A DNA stretch of 64,000 bases from Kudoa neothunni (taxonomy: Eukaryota; Animalia; Cnidaria). The notes under the pieces were generated by a model. The model worked only from the letters and a program-made list of their open reading frames with translations. It was not told the DNA's origin and searched no databases. The translations under genes and the position numbers were made by a program. Location: positions 6,683,731 through 6,747,730 of the forward strand of contig OZ199838.1 in assembly GCA_964304625.1 (NCBI GenBank), given 5' to 3'. This document shows, piece after piece, positions 25,968-38,600 of this stretch. The first letter of the stretch is position 1. Each line of letters opens with the position of its first letter.

Positions 25968-28900
25968 CTAATTGGGTTCACATATTACAAACAACATTCG
26001 AAGGCAGCGTTTAGCGGAAATATTTTGGATATTATAAACATTTTCTAAATAAAATAAGATTATTCGGAAAAAACAACAATCAGACGGTCAGATCACTACC
26101 TTTAGGAATGATGATGCTGGTACCGCTGGAGATATTTTCCTGTTTTTTTGCGATAGTAACAATACCATAGCCTTCAAGAACATGCATAATCTAGAACGAA
26201 GACAAATATTAAATTTATTCATATCTCACATCAAAATTACAATGTGGTCTTTGGATAGGTAAAGTCCTTTTTCAGTTTGAGGTTTCATTACAACTTGTCC
26301 AACTGAGACATTGTCATATTTGAGATAGGTGTCGGTTTGAAGTTTAGGAGTTTTGCTAGTGATATTTTTGTAGTTGATTTTGATCAGTTGTTTGGGCCAA
26401 ACCAAATCTACATAAACAACCACAATTCGATGAACAACTGAAATAATTCAACACTACAGTGATGCTCTTGTGTGGACGTGTTTGGATCAATAATACTGAA
26501 AGGAGTTGGTTCAATAAGTTTTTCCGGCTAAACAGAAATAAACGGTAGATCGTGAGTAAATGTGAATAATGAAATGAAGAACTTTTGTTGAAGATTTCTT
26601 CTCAGTTGGTTTCTTTTTGGACAATCCTATTTCAATCACAATACATAAACATCATATTACCATCCATCCAACACCAGCGTGTTGACAACTGAAATACTTT
26701 CAGATAGATTATATTGCCATTGTTTGTTTTTAACAATTTTATTGATAACCAAACCCTCTTCTGTCCGTTTGTAATCAATGTATTCATTTTCCCAATAACG
26801 CAGGGGTTCGACTCGATGTCTTGAACTTCGACGTAAATGATGCTCATTATCCAATTCGTCACCATAGTGTTGACGTTTCTTTTTTTTATTTTTAAGATTT
26901 ACAGTAACTCTATCGGAACTTTTTATAAGTCGACGATTTTTTTCTACGATTTGTTTTTTAAGCACTTTAAATTCTCTCAAAAATTACTTTTGGGCAATGC
27001 AGACGAAACTAATTTTTGTCTCGAAACCATATCTATATCAGATAGCTTTACAGGCGAGGCACTCAAATCTCTGTCGTTGTTCGGGGAGACATCAGAAAGC
27101 ACATCTAGATCATTATTGTTTTCTAAATGAGAAGTGTCTCGCAATGGAGTATGTGAATCAATATTTTCGGTTGTTGGTGACGCTTCATTAGGTATTTTGA
27201 GAATCCTTCTTGGCGATAATATTTCGGTGATAATATTTTTATAGGCTGTAATTGCACTCCTGGGAGAAACAGACCTTTTAGTGGTTGGTGTATTGGGTTC
27301 AACATTCTGATTCACATCATAGTTATCATTGCCTTCTATAATAGAAATCGATTTGTTGATAGGAGACTGATTCTCTTTGTTATTGTTATCGTCGTCATTC
27401 AAAATATGACGTTTATTAGTGCTCTTTTGTTTAGAAACAGGCTTTTCAGTGATAGGCTGATTTTTTGGAGCATTAGTATTAGAATCGGCATTAAAAGATT
27501 TTCTCTTTCTACTTTTAGTGAGAACCTTCCTAGAAGAAGACTCATTTTCCTGATTGTAAGAATCGATATTCCTTGCATTCGAAATATTTTTATTTCTATT
27601 TTTCGATAAAAATTGTCTAGAGGGCGGTACAACTGCTGGACCTTGGTCTATATCCAAAGTTTTCGTAGCTTTGTCAACATTTATAGAATCTTGCAATCCC
27701 GTATTATTTGACCGTTCGTTGTTGATATCTTCATTATCAACAAAGTCATCATCTATTGAATGGGAGGTGTTGTAAGCAACAGATGTGTTTCTCAACAAAA
27801 CGTTATCCCCGATAGGAAGTGGAAGTGTTTTGGTTTTACTGTGAGAATCATTATCAAATTCAACTGTACCACCACTTAGATCATTAATTGTGAATGGTTT
27901 AACTCGAGATATTGTAGAATTAGATTGGTTTCTCATGGAAACAATATTTGGCGATTTAGGAGAAAGTGGCAGATGCTCAGCTAATGATCTATTTTTTAAA
28001 GGGGTTCTTAATAGGCTTAAATGTTTTTTGTGTGATGTGCGATCATCAGCTGATAACGGATCGGCATCAAACATTTGAAGATCCTGATTTTCATCGGCTG
28101 AATCGAACGATTCAGAGTCACTTTTTGACGATTCCTCGGAACCATCCAACAAATAATGATTATCAATCACATGAGAATCGTGCTTTTGGGGATTGTTTAG
28201 TGTATTGTTGCTGGCGCTACAATTAAAATATCCTATATAGCAACAATTTATAAAAAATTTGATTACTTTCCCATAACAGAAACTTTTTTCAAGAAAAAAT
28301 CGTCTCCTACAATCTTCATAACAATGTGGTCACACGACTAAAAGGTTACCTTCATTCGAACTGGTGGAAGCGTCATCTTCAACGGACGAAGCCTCCGGAA
28401 GCATAATGGTAGATGTTTGTGGTACTACGAATAAAATTTATGCATCAATAAAGTCGACCCCCCAACCGACGACGAGTTAGAATACTTTCATCAGTATTAA
28501 TAGACAAATTTCTATTTGAAGAGGCACTCTCAGTACTTTTCCTTCCTCTACATCAATACAACCATAAAACAAAGTTCGTTAATAATAAGTCGGAATTGGA
28601 ATTTATTTAAAAATAAATAATTTGATAGTTACCGTAGTTTGCTTGACAAAATCATGGTTTCGCCTACTTCCCCAGCAACAGAAGAAGAAACAGAACGATT
28701 TCCACTCTTGGTGGAGGATAACGACTTATCACTACTACGACTCATCGACGATGTTAGTTTTGACGCTGAGAGGTAAGAATTTGGCTGGTCACCAACTACA
28801 TCTATTTCACAAGCCATACCATAATTATAATATTACTTTCTCTTGTGTTAAGTGAGAAATCTATAAACCTGTCCCAATCTAATGATTTTTCAGTCAACTT

Positions 28901-29058
28901 TTTTTTCTCTCGTGACCTTCGTACCGCATTTCGATTAGGAGGTCTACACGCAAATTATCTAGTCTAATATATCATATCAACTCATACTCTTTATTCAGTA
29001 GTTTTAGTTTCTAAAAAATAAATTCAGTTTAGTACTAAAATAATCAATTTACCTTCAT
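25968..29058 (-). CDS. CENPC: Centromere protein C (CENP-C/Mif2), multi-exon
   Basis: CENP-C motif LRRSSRHRVEPLRYWENEYIDY (~26775-26840) after a long low-complexity S/N/K/D-rich exon. C-terminal cupin domain: SVGQVVMKPQTEKG..IMHVLEGYGIVTI..SGTSIIIPKENVYNIQN..LRMLFVICEPN*. The 5' micro-exon structure and one junction (26528-26582) are unresolved. Confidence 0.9.
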
Positions 29059-29449
29059 TAGAACGATTGCCGCAGCTCAATTTGCCGCTGAGTTACATTA
29101 GCGCGCAGGCGTATCAATGTGAGTTGAATTATTGCGCACACAATGTAGAACTTTGTTTTGACGTATATTTCTAATTGAATTGGAATTGGTTCATATTGCG
29201 TTTTAATCTTTCAAAAACAAACTTATAGTGTGGGATATTTACACACGTATGATATGATTATTTTATTTGATTCACTATAGTAAATTATTTAGTTTAAATC
29301 CGAATATATTTTAAATTTTGATGTAAAAGTTTGTACTGAATATACGAATTGTTAATATCTGTAAATAAATAAATTATGCTTACATTGAGGAGAGCTTTTG
29401 TTAGTGGTGAATACGATCTAAATTACTAGGATGGAAGTATCTGATATGA

Positions 29450-29659
29450 TAGTAGGTGACCATTCGTTCGTGATCTCCATGGGGATTGAAAAATGTTAGA
29501 AAAACTCGTACGAAATAATTAAAATTAACAAATTGTTTCATTCGGTTGATGCATTCTGTTATAAAATAATATATATCTTTATAAAAAAATTTATGGAGTA
29601 AAAATATTTTTGTTAAAAATACGAACGAGTCTAGGGTACGAAAAATTGGTCACCCCCTG
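29450..29659. mobile_element. Small Tc1/pogo-type MITE upstream of CENP-C
   Basis: Degenerate TIRs agtaggtgaccattcgttcgt / acgaaaaattggtcaccccctg|ta. Confidence 0.4.
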
Positions 29660-30921
29660 TATTTTTAAATTGATAAAATTAAAGTTGAACCAATAATTTT
29701 AGATTTTATTTAAAATTAGGGCTGAGTGGTCGTTCGTGTTAAAACCTATTTGAATACTTGTTCATTAAATACAAATAATCAATGGTTGAATAATTAAATA
29801 AATTAAACGTATGTATTTTATTTTTAATTCTAATTTAAATGCATGGCTTTTGGACATTACTATTAATCTTCAAATACGAATTTACAGCAACTTTTAATGT
29901 ATTATTCAAAAAATTTTGTTTAGTTTAAAGAGCCATTATTTCAAATACTAACATGATTTATTAATAATTATGTATTTGAAATATTTTGGACGATTTTTAC
30001 TCAGTGATAACTTCTGATAATTCTCCCCTCTAAGAGTTTTTATATGCGGTAAAGGAATCCGCTATGTATAAACACAGACAATTTTACAAATAAATCCAAC
30101 CTTTTTCAGATACTTAACTCTGTCGCTAAAAATAATTCTAATTTATTGTCGTGAATTCTTTCATGGCGTAAAAAAGAATAATTAATATTTAAAATTTTCG
30201 TAGGTTTATATTGTTTTTTCTTTTTAATTATTGAAGATTTAGACTAAAATAAACGAGAAAACATAATTTTGTTAAATCTATGTGGATTATAAACAAATAT
30301 TTCTACAAAACAACTTATTATAATAATTCAAGCAATAATTTATTTCAAATAAAGTAGATATGGTGAAAATAATTGTGTAAAATAAAAAATGTTCCACCAA
30401 AAATACTAAAAATAAAATATTTTTCTGGTTATTTTTAATTTGTAGCACAATTTTTGGTCTCCTTAAATGATTCTAAATATGACTATAGTTAAAATTTAAG
30501 ATTCTCAAACAACTAAATAATAGTTTAACTCTATAGGCATTTACTGGTTTGGTAAAATCGAAAAACTGAAAATCAATAATGAAATTAAACGAATTTTGAG
30601 TCTGTTATAAAATGACGACAAACGATTCTCAAGAAAATGAAGAATATGTTAGCTTGTTCCAATTTTATTATTAAAACAACTGATAAATTATTTAAGGAGA
30701 GCATTATGTCACGGAAATCCATGGTCTTGTTTTCAATACTAAAGAATATGTATTTCATATCCATAAAATATTCATAAGTGACATCAAAACACTGAAATCA
30801 CACGTTTGTTTAAATAAACCACATTTATCTGCATAACGCAAAGAAGAAGGCGCTAATACATTCGCTACGTGATCTATCTGTCGCCGGTCCAAAAAACTAT
30901 GCATAATTAAGGTTCGAACTA

Positions 30922-32633
30922 CAGTCGAGATTGGATATTGCGTGATTTCATCTTCAATATGCCCAGGGAGCAGTGTAAAATTTCTGAGAAAATTAGAATA
31001 ATACAATATTACAATTCAATAAAATCAATAAAGGGCGCGAAGAAAATGACGGTTGAAAAGTTTAAACTTAGTAGTATGATTATTTTTAATCGATAACAAT
31101 TTATTTCTTAAAGGACATTCAACGCTTGACAGAATTCTTTCTCATGAAACCAAGCTGAAAAATTCAGATGTTGCAGGAAGTAGGAAGAGGCATTCGAATG
31201 GAAGATTTATCAACATAGACGAAGAAGTTTATCAGTGATTTATCAAAAAACGCACCAATGGTCACATTATTTCTGGTGACGTAATACTTGAAATGGCCAA
31301 CATAATTGCCAGAAAGAATGAAGTTCAAAATTTTAAAGCAAGTAGGGGTTGGCTAGCGGGGTTTAAAAAAGGTTTGGAATTGTTTTCAAACATTTTCATG
31401 GTGAAGCTGCGAGCGCTAACGTCGCGTCTATTGATTCGTGGATCTATGAAAATAAAAATTTGATAAGCATATATAGCCCAAAAAATATAATCAATATTGA
31501 CGAAACTGGTTTGTTTTATGAGCAATTACAGAACAGTAGTTATTTATTAAAAGAAGAAAATGACATTAAAGGTAAAAAGCTATCGAAAAAAAGAATAACG
31601 ATTTTGGTATCGTGCTTTTTAAGCGGAGAAAAGTTGCCCTTAGTCGTAATTGGGAAATACCAAAACCCCAGGTGCTTCAAGGGGGTAAAAAATTTACCTT
31701 ATGAGTATTATGCCAAAAAAAATTCTTGGGTGACCTCTGCTATTTTCTTCCAGATGATGAAAAAATTAAATTTTAAAATGGAGTCAGAACAACGAAAAAT
31801 ACTACAAGTGTTTTACAGCCGCTCGATCTCGGAGTGATTAATTGTCTTAAAAGTAGATATAAACAAATATTGTGTAGCCATGTGGCATTATGTGATGATT
31901 CGTTAAATAATAAATTTACATTACTTAATGCAATTTTGACACTCCAAGAAGCATGGAACAGTATTCCACCTGAAATTATTGTCAACTATTTTAAAAAGTC
32001 GGGCATATTTAGCGAAAGTAAAAGCTAATGCGAACTTCAAAAATTAATCCATTATCATAGGAGATACAGAGACGGAAACAAATGATAAAATTTTCGAAGA
32101 TGAACAGAGTATAAATATACAATAAAATTTTAATATTTTTATAGTCGAGGAGGAAACATGGGGGACCAACTTTGATGATGATAACTTACCTACTTGTGAA
32201 GATGATAACGGCGATGTCTTAATGTCAACAGTGAATCCAATTCAGAATGAAATCGAGTCTGATGAGGAAGAATCAAAAGTTCCAATAAAAGATATAAAGC
32301 ATGCCGTAAGTACATTAAGGAAGATGTTTATTTTGGAGGATCCATCTGGACTCATCGATCTTCATCCGATAACGGATCGAATTTTAAAAATATCATCTCA
32401 AAGATGGCACCAAACTAAAATTACTTCATTTTTTCATAAAAATTAATAATTTTGTCTGGTTGAGTTAAATAAAATTCCTTATATTTATTTTATTCCACTA
32501 GCAATGATTTAAAGTAGGATAAACGCACAAAACAAGTTTAAATCGAATATTTTTACAAGCGCGCATATGCGTGACTAGATATTGCGTAATTTTTCCTTGG
32601 TCCCAAAAATTACGCAATTTCGAATCTCGATTG
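30922..32633 (+). mobile_element. pogo/Tigger (CENP-B superfamily) transposon with disrupted transposase
   Basis: TA TSDs and TIR cagtcgagattggatattgcgtgattt / aaattacgcaatttcgaatctcgattg. CENP-B-type HTH (ISGDVILEMA..FKASRGWLAGFKK), HGEAAS, and DDE_1 (NIDETGLFY, KKRITIL, SGEKLPLVVIGKYQNPRCFKG, NSWVTSAIF, LQPLDLGVINCLK). C-terminal PIP-box QTKITSFF. Contains stops, frameshifts and an internal deletion. Confidence 0.93.
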
Positions 32634-32680
32634 TATATCACATTAAGCAGAAAAAAAACTTATTACTATAAAATATAAAA

Positions 32681-35600
32681 CTATTTATAAGGAAACCGTT
32701 TTGGATAGTTTAACTTGGACGCTGTTAGTGGTATTCCATAAATGACAGGGGCAGCTCCATTTAAATATTTTAATTTGGGTGTGTGTCTAGAAATGGTGAC
32801 AGCCTCTGGTAGAGTACAATCATCGTTGAACCAATGATACAAAGTGGTGTCTAGAAATTTATCAATATCTTTATCGGTGATATCCCAAAGATTGCCAACA
32901 ATACAAGGACTAAACAACAATGGGATGAATTATAAAATCGGTAATAACACAATCAACCTTCCACTAGCTAGATATTGTAGTAGCATTCCCGAGTGATCGA
33001 ACAGACCATTGTTGTTAAGACGAGCACTACTACATCCAACAATAAAAACCACTCCTTTCACATTAAGTTTGCGTAGGTTTTTCTCGTTAAAATAGGCAGC
33101 ACCGTTTCCATGACCACAATATCTACATAAAACAACGTTACGAAGGGGCACACTAATGACTACTGAATAAATACATAAAAATATCATGCGAAAGTGCGTC
33201 AATGTATTGATTACGATCAGGAACACGCCCACAAATACCACTCCATGAAGAGGTAACTGATTCGAAGATATTTTTGAAAAAGTTTTCAGTGGATTGGAGA
33301 TCCTTTCCAGGGTTTAAAATGTAGAAAGCGTCATTAGAATTGATGTTTGTAGATAAAGGATGGTTATATAATACATTGGCTAACGATAACATCGAAGGCA
33401 TTCTACTTAGAATACTTCTACTCTTCAAACAAATATCCATTGATTCCAACGGCAGCATACACATCGTCTCATCAACAATCAATATAATGGGATAATTGGT
33501 GGCAATTGGTAGGGAGCGTTCCTCAACGAGCTTATTTTTTAAATGATTGCCATTTATCTCATTGATCATTTCAACTATTGCCTTTGTTCACACACACATA
33601 CATTAATATATTGATAAAGAATAGGTGGGTAGATACCTGTCTCAAGCTTGACACTTCAAACATTGGGAAATAGCGTTGCAAATCAGCAAGTAACTTTTGA
33701 AGTTGTTTGTTCGAGCCGTCATCCACAAGAAAAGAGCTTTTACATCTACCAATCCTACTTCTAGTGGAACGTTGTTGAGGCGCCTGATCAACGCCAACAT
33801 TTAAAACCCATTCAATAACAATTCTAATTATCATAACTCTAGTAAATCGACTATCGCTGCCGGTGAGTTCGGTTGGAAATATTTCAAGAAGTTTTTCCAT
33901 AACAGTATCATACGTGGTGGTGTATTGAGAGTGGTTATTTGTAAAAAGTACGTCAGCTATACATCCAAACCAATCGCATTGAATCGAATCCACACAATTC
34001 TACATCATAAGTAGTATCATCGAAGTTGGTAAGATAAAAAGTATACTTTAAGACGCGAATCTAGAGCAACTCGAGTAGACCACCATTTTTTGAGATCAGT
34101 TATTTTGTTGGATTCACAATTTTTCTGCATAATTGTGGTGAATTCATTGAGTAGGGTGTGATAGCTTAGGTTGGTTAATTGAATTTGTAGATAGCCTCCA
34201 CGTCCAGTCGATAACCATTCGGTTAAGTGAATAACATTTTGTTTGGTTGTCATCGAAATCACTTTCCAACCAGAAGGCAACAATTCGGTTATTGTGTTAC
34301 AATTTGACTCTGACGTGGGGATGCTTTTTGTTGACAATTGGCCTACCATTTTATAGTGGTTCAGATCATAACCATTCAACGTGAATGCTGAATTTTTAAA
34401 TGCGCTACACATCAACCTAAATAACAATCATACATAATTTATTGTAGGTAGAATGATGCTGATTTATGTAGTCACTTTAGTAAGAGCTGGTTATGCAACA
34501 TATTAGAAAAAGACGGTTGAAATGCGTTGTTGAATGTCATGGCTTGCTCAGCAATGCTCAATTCTTTCGATGACGTTTTTAAACAGCTCACATTACCGCA
34601 AATTCGTTTAAAAAGAATATTATTCCAACATTGTTGTACTATATATTAAAATTTTAATTTTAAACTTGAGTTACGCATATTAGCAAACATTGAATTACTC
34701 AAGTCATTATCATAGTAGCCATTTACACTATCTGTATTGACTGAACGCCCGTTATTTGAATCATTATTGACAGCTAAAGCTGAAAATTCTTCCGAAATAT
34801 GAGTGATGCTCTCAGTTGAAGGCTGGCCAAAGGAGTTCATTAAAAGCAAATCCACTTCATTACGTTTAATGAGTTTATTGTTAGTGAGTGACTTCAATAG
34901 GTCCATTTTAGTAGAAAAATCCATCTTATTGTAGTAAGTAATAAATTTTAAGTTTTCCATAGATATAATGCCACAAAAGTCGTGCCCATCGATGTGTAGT
35001 TCAGTAGTAATTGGTAGAGGGTATTGTAATACATTATCACAATTTTCAGTATCAACTATAAACTGATAATAACGTTGGCATTCTTTGCACGTACAACGTG
35101 GATTGGATGTGATGGTTTCATTGGATTTGTTTGGACAACTATGCCATTTTTCAATAATTTTCATAGTTAGTTCTGATTGTTTGACTCTATTTAAGTTAGT
35201 GTTTGTTCATGATAAAACGACAATTCAACAATCTAATATCTACCTTAAAATAGCATTGACATGGCTGGATAAGTTAGAATAGATCGAACAATAGAAAACC
35301 GACTCGTTGTAACCACCATACTCAAAACAATAACTATTTACTAACATTTTCAGAGTTGATAACAGCACCAGCTGCAGTTTATAAACTCGGATGTAATAAC
35401 TAGAAAAGGAGCTCCCTTTCCCATCGATTGACTCACACATACCATATTCCATATTATGCTGATAACGTTGCCAACTGGCCATTGTATATTCTATAAGATA
35501 TTTGGTGAATAACAAAATATGTGTGCTATGACCAATTTTGAAGGTTGACGTGACGGAGTTCGCATCTGAAATTATTTGTCACATGATTTTTGTATATTAT

Positions 35601-38600
35601 ATTGCATACTTGCTAATAGGCGCGTGGTGAAAGTACTTGGGCAGTAGAATATCAAGCTAGAAAGTGCATACAATTTCACAATATATTCAAGCTGAAAATC
35701 AATTGATTTATTTTTGAATTCACAACATTCGCTCAGAATGCCATCTAAGGCATCTAAATGAAGTATATTCTCTATTGAGTCAAAAAATATTATTTAAAAC
35801 TCTCAAAAAAGTTTATTTAAAGTAAATCAGATCAACACTAACCAAGGATTTCACACCACGATTGACAAAAGTTTATGAAATTGCAAGAAAAACCAATGGT
35901 AATTTTCATCAAAAATATAGATAAAATAAATTGAGTAATAAAACGGCGGGAAATATTTTCATGAAATAGCATAAACCTCCTCTTAGCAGAACTCCGTTGA
36001 ATGTAGGGACACATTCAATTATACGTCAAATATCGATGAAAAATCCACTTAACATTACAAATGAATTATTCAAATTTATTTACCTTAATATTTCAAAAAA
36101 TTCAGAAGACGCAGATGATACTAACATTTATTGATCAAATAATCTTAGCTGAATGTAAAATGTAATTAAAATTTCACGACGATTATTATTTAAATGTTCA
36201 TTAATATAATTTTAAGTAAATTACACAAATTCTAACGTTGTCACTTAATTACCTCCGGATTAAGTCATTTAGAAGGTTAGATTTTCCGAAAAAAGTTCTC
36301 GAAAAATAACAAAGTAACTTTTAGCAATACGATATGCTTAGTGTGAAAACATTAAAATTTAAAATTACCTCCATTATGCTACTTAGAATATAGCTAATTT
36401 AAATTTAAAAATTTAGTCTAATTTTTCACAAACTAAGGTAGATTAAAAATATACCTCCATTGGTGCCCTGGAGTATATAAAAAATAACCTATTATATTCC
36501 AAAATTTAAAAGTATTCGATGATACTTTAATGTTAGTTAGAAAAACTCCCAAATCATAACACGCACAGAGTTGTAATTAAGTAGCAGCGAATTCTTGATC
36601 ATAAACAATGCAGATTATAAACATCCCAACAACTGTTCATCAATACAAGAGACTAACGTCTAATTCGCCTTAACCCTCCGAACATCTTGGGGTCGTTTCG
36701 ATCCCAGTCGTGGTTTAATCACTTATTTCCTCCCTCATAGCTTAGTTTAATTTTATAGATATCCTACCTATTCTTTTATAATAATTGATTGTTTTGGAAG
36801 GCAGTATTAAAATTTCTCTAAACAGAAAGGAATAGGTTATATCTCAAATACTTACATCTGGCGCCTTTGGGGTCGAAAAGACCCCAGAGGTTTTTCGTAC
36901 AAATTGTGGAATAAGTTATTTCGCAGAAGTTTATTTGGAGTTTAGTTACTTTTAAGAAAAAATAACGGCATAACCCCGCTAATTTGAGTGTGAAAACGTT
37001 GAAGAACTTGTGACAACTTTGAATTAGAATGTCTAGGCTATGATAGTTACACTGGAAGTTCTTCCATCATAAGTAAAATTGAAGAATTAATCCAAAATTA
37101 ACAAATCTTCTTACCCACAAAAATAATAACACATAGGGAAAATCCCTCCTAGAATAACAGATACGAAATTAAAACATTTGGCATCCAAATCCTTGTGTAA
37201 CTGCCTACACTCGTCAACAATAAAAACTGATCAAGATTGTTTTAACTTATTCTTCACTGATCAACTGTTATCTACCATTATCCACTTGGCATGTAAATTT
37301 GTTCGTTATCGCTATGATTCTTCTTATGATGATTTCAATTTGAATGATTTTCGTGCGTGCCTTGGCATACTGATATATATGCCAATTTTTAGAATGAAGA
37401 CTGAGTCTCTATAAAGGTTGTTAAGGCTTTTAGATAAGTGATGCCATCGAAGGAATATACAAAAATCAAAGGCTCACTCTACTTAGACGACTTTGATTCA
37501 GGAGATGAGAGGAGAAAAAAGATAAATTATGTGTCTTGTATCGCATACATTAAAGTTTGCCTACGATGCGCTAACAACATTAGATGGCAGAATCCATTTA
37601 TTAATCATTTTCTGTCTATTATTTCGATTTTCATCGGCATATTAAAAAATTACTCGCCTAAAGGTAGATTATGTGTTTAAACATTACGACTAATGTTCGA
37701 AGAATTTCACTTAGAAAATTTATTTACAATCTATAAAATAGCAAACATAGCGATAAACAAAAATAAATATAAAGGAAAATCCATATATCATTTATAAGGT
37801 AAAAAAGATAACTTTTATTAAAACTTCAATCACTATAAATTTTCTTCGTTTTACATAACATTTTTTAATTGGAATATTACATTCAAGAAAATTAATAACG
37901 ACTTACACTGCAAGGATTGAGTGAATATATGCAGTTGAGAGAATAACCGAACAATTAGTCATACAACATATTATTTTGTATATTTTAACATATAATGAAC
38001 GTTGATTAATATTTAAAATGTCATATGATTAATTAAAATACTATAGGACTTAAAATTTGTGGATAAGAAGGAATTTTGTCTTGGTGTCTTTTTCGACCCC
38101 AAAGATGCTAGGTGTATTGTCAATTCGGAGCTGCTCAGAGGGTTAAATAATAATATTTTTTACAACTAAAAAATAAATTTTATACAGAAAAAATAACAAG
38201 TTTTATATTAAATTAAACACTGTAGGATTTTTTAATAAAGTTTGAGATATTTTCTACAAAATATCTACAAATAATTTGTGGAGACTATTTACGAATTAGT
38301 TAATTAATAACTAAAATACATTCCTCATATTTTACACTAAAATTACGTAAAATCCTTTAATATTAACGAGATTTTAACATAAAAGTTTCTTTATTGTAAG
38401 ATACATTTATTTTTCAATCTATTACATCAACCGAATGAAATAATCCATTTTAATAATGGAAATAGCTTGAAAAGCTCAGCGAATATGGACTTATTTTGGT
38501 AGAAGATAATTTAAATGCCACCGAAAAAAATATAATTTACAAGAAGGCTTGGTTAGCTTTAAGCGTAAATTTTAGAATGATATTCAACTTCTCAGTCAAA

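Noticed and set aside
26596-26606. Genome-wide TGA reassignment suggested by an in-frame TGA in one CENP-C splice model
   Set aside because: No in-frame TGA is needed in the phosphorylase or FGD models, or in the DENND1 and separase exons I resolved, and Trp is encoded by TGG.
26837-28226. Several plus-strand and alternative-frame ORFs overlapping CENP-C, and other short F/I/L/K-rich ORFs in the track
   Set aside because: They are shadow ORFs of real exons or chance ORFs in AT-rich DNA, with no recognisable motifs.
30922-32633. Domesticated CENP-B gene next to CENP-C
   Set aside because: It has an in-frame stop, frameshifts and a deletion in the DDE domain, and it retains TIRs with TA TSDs, so it is a dead transposon.
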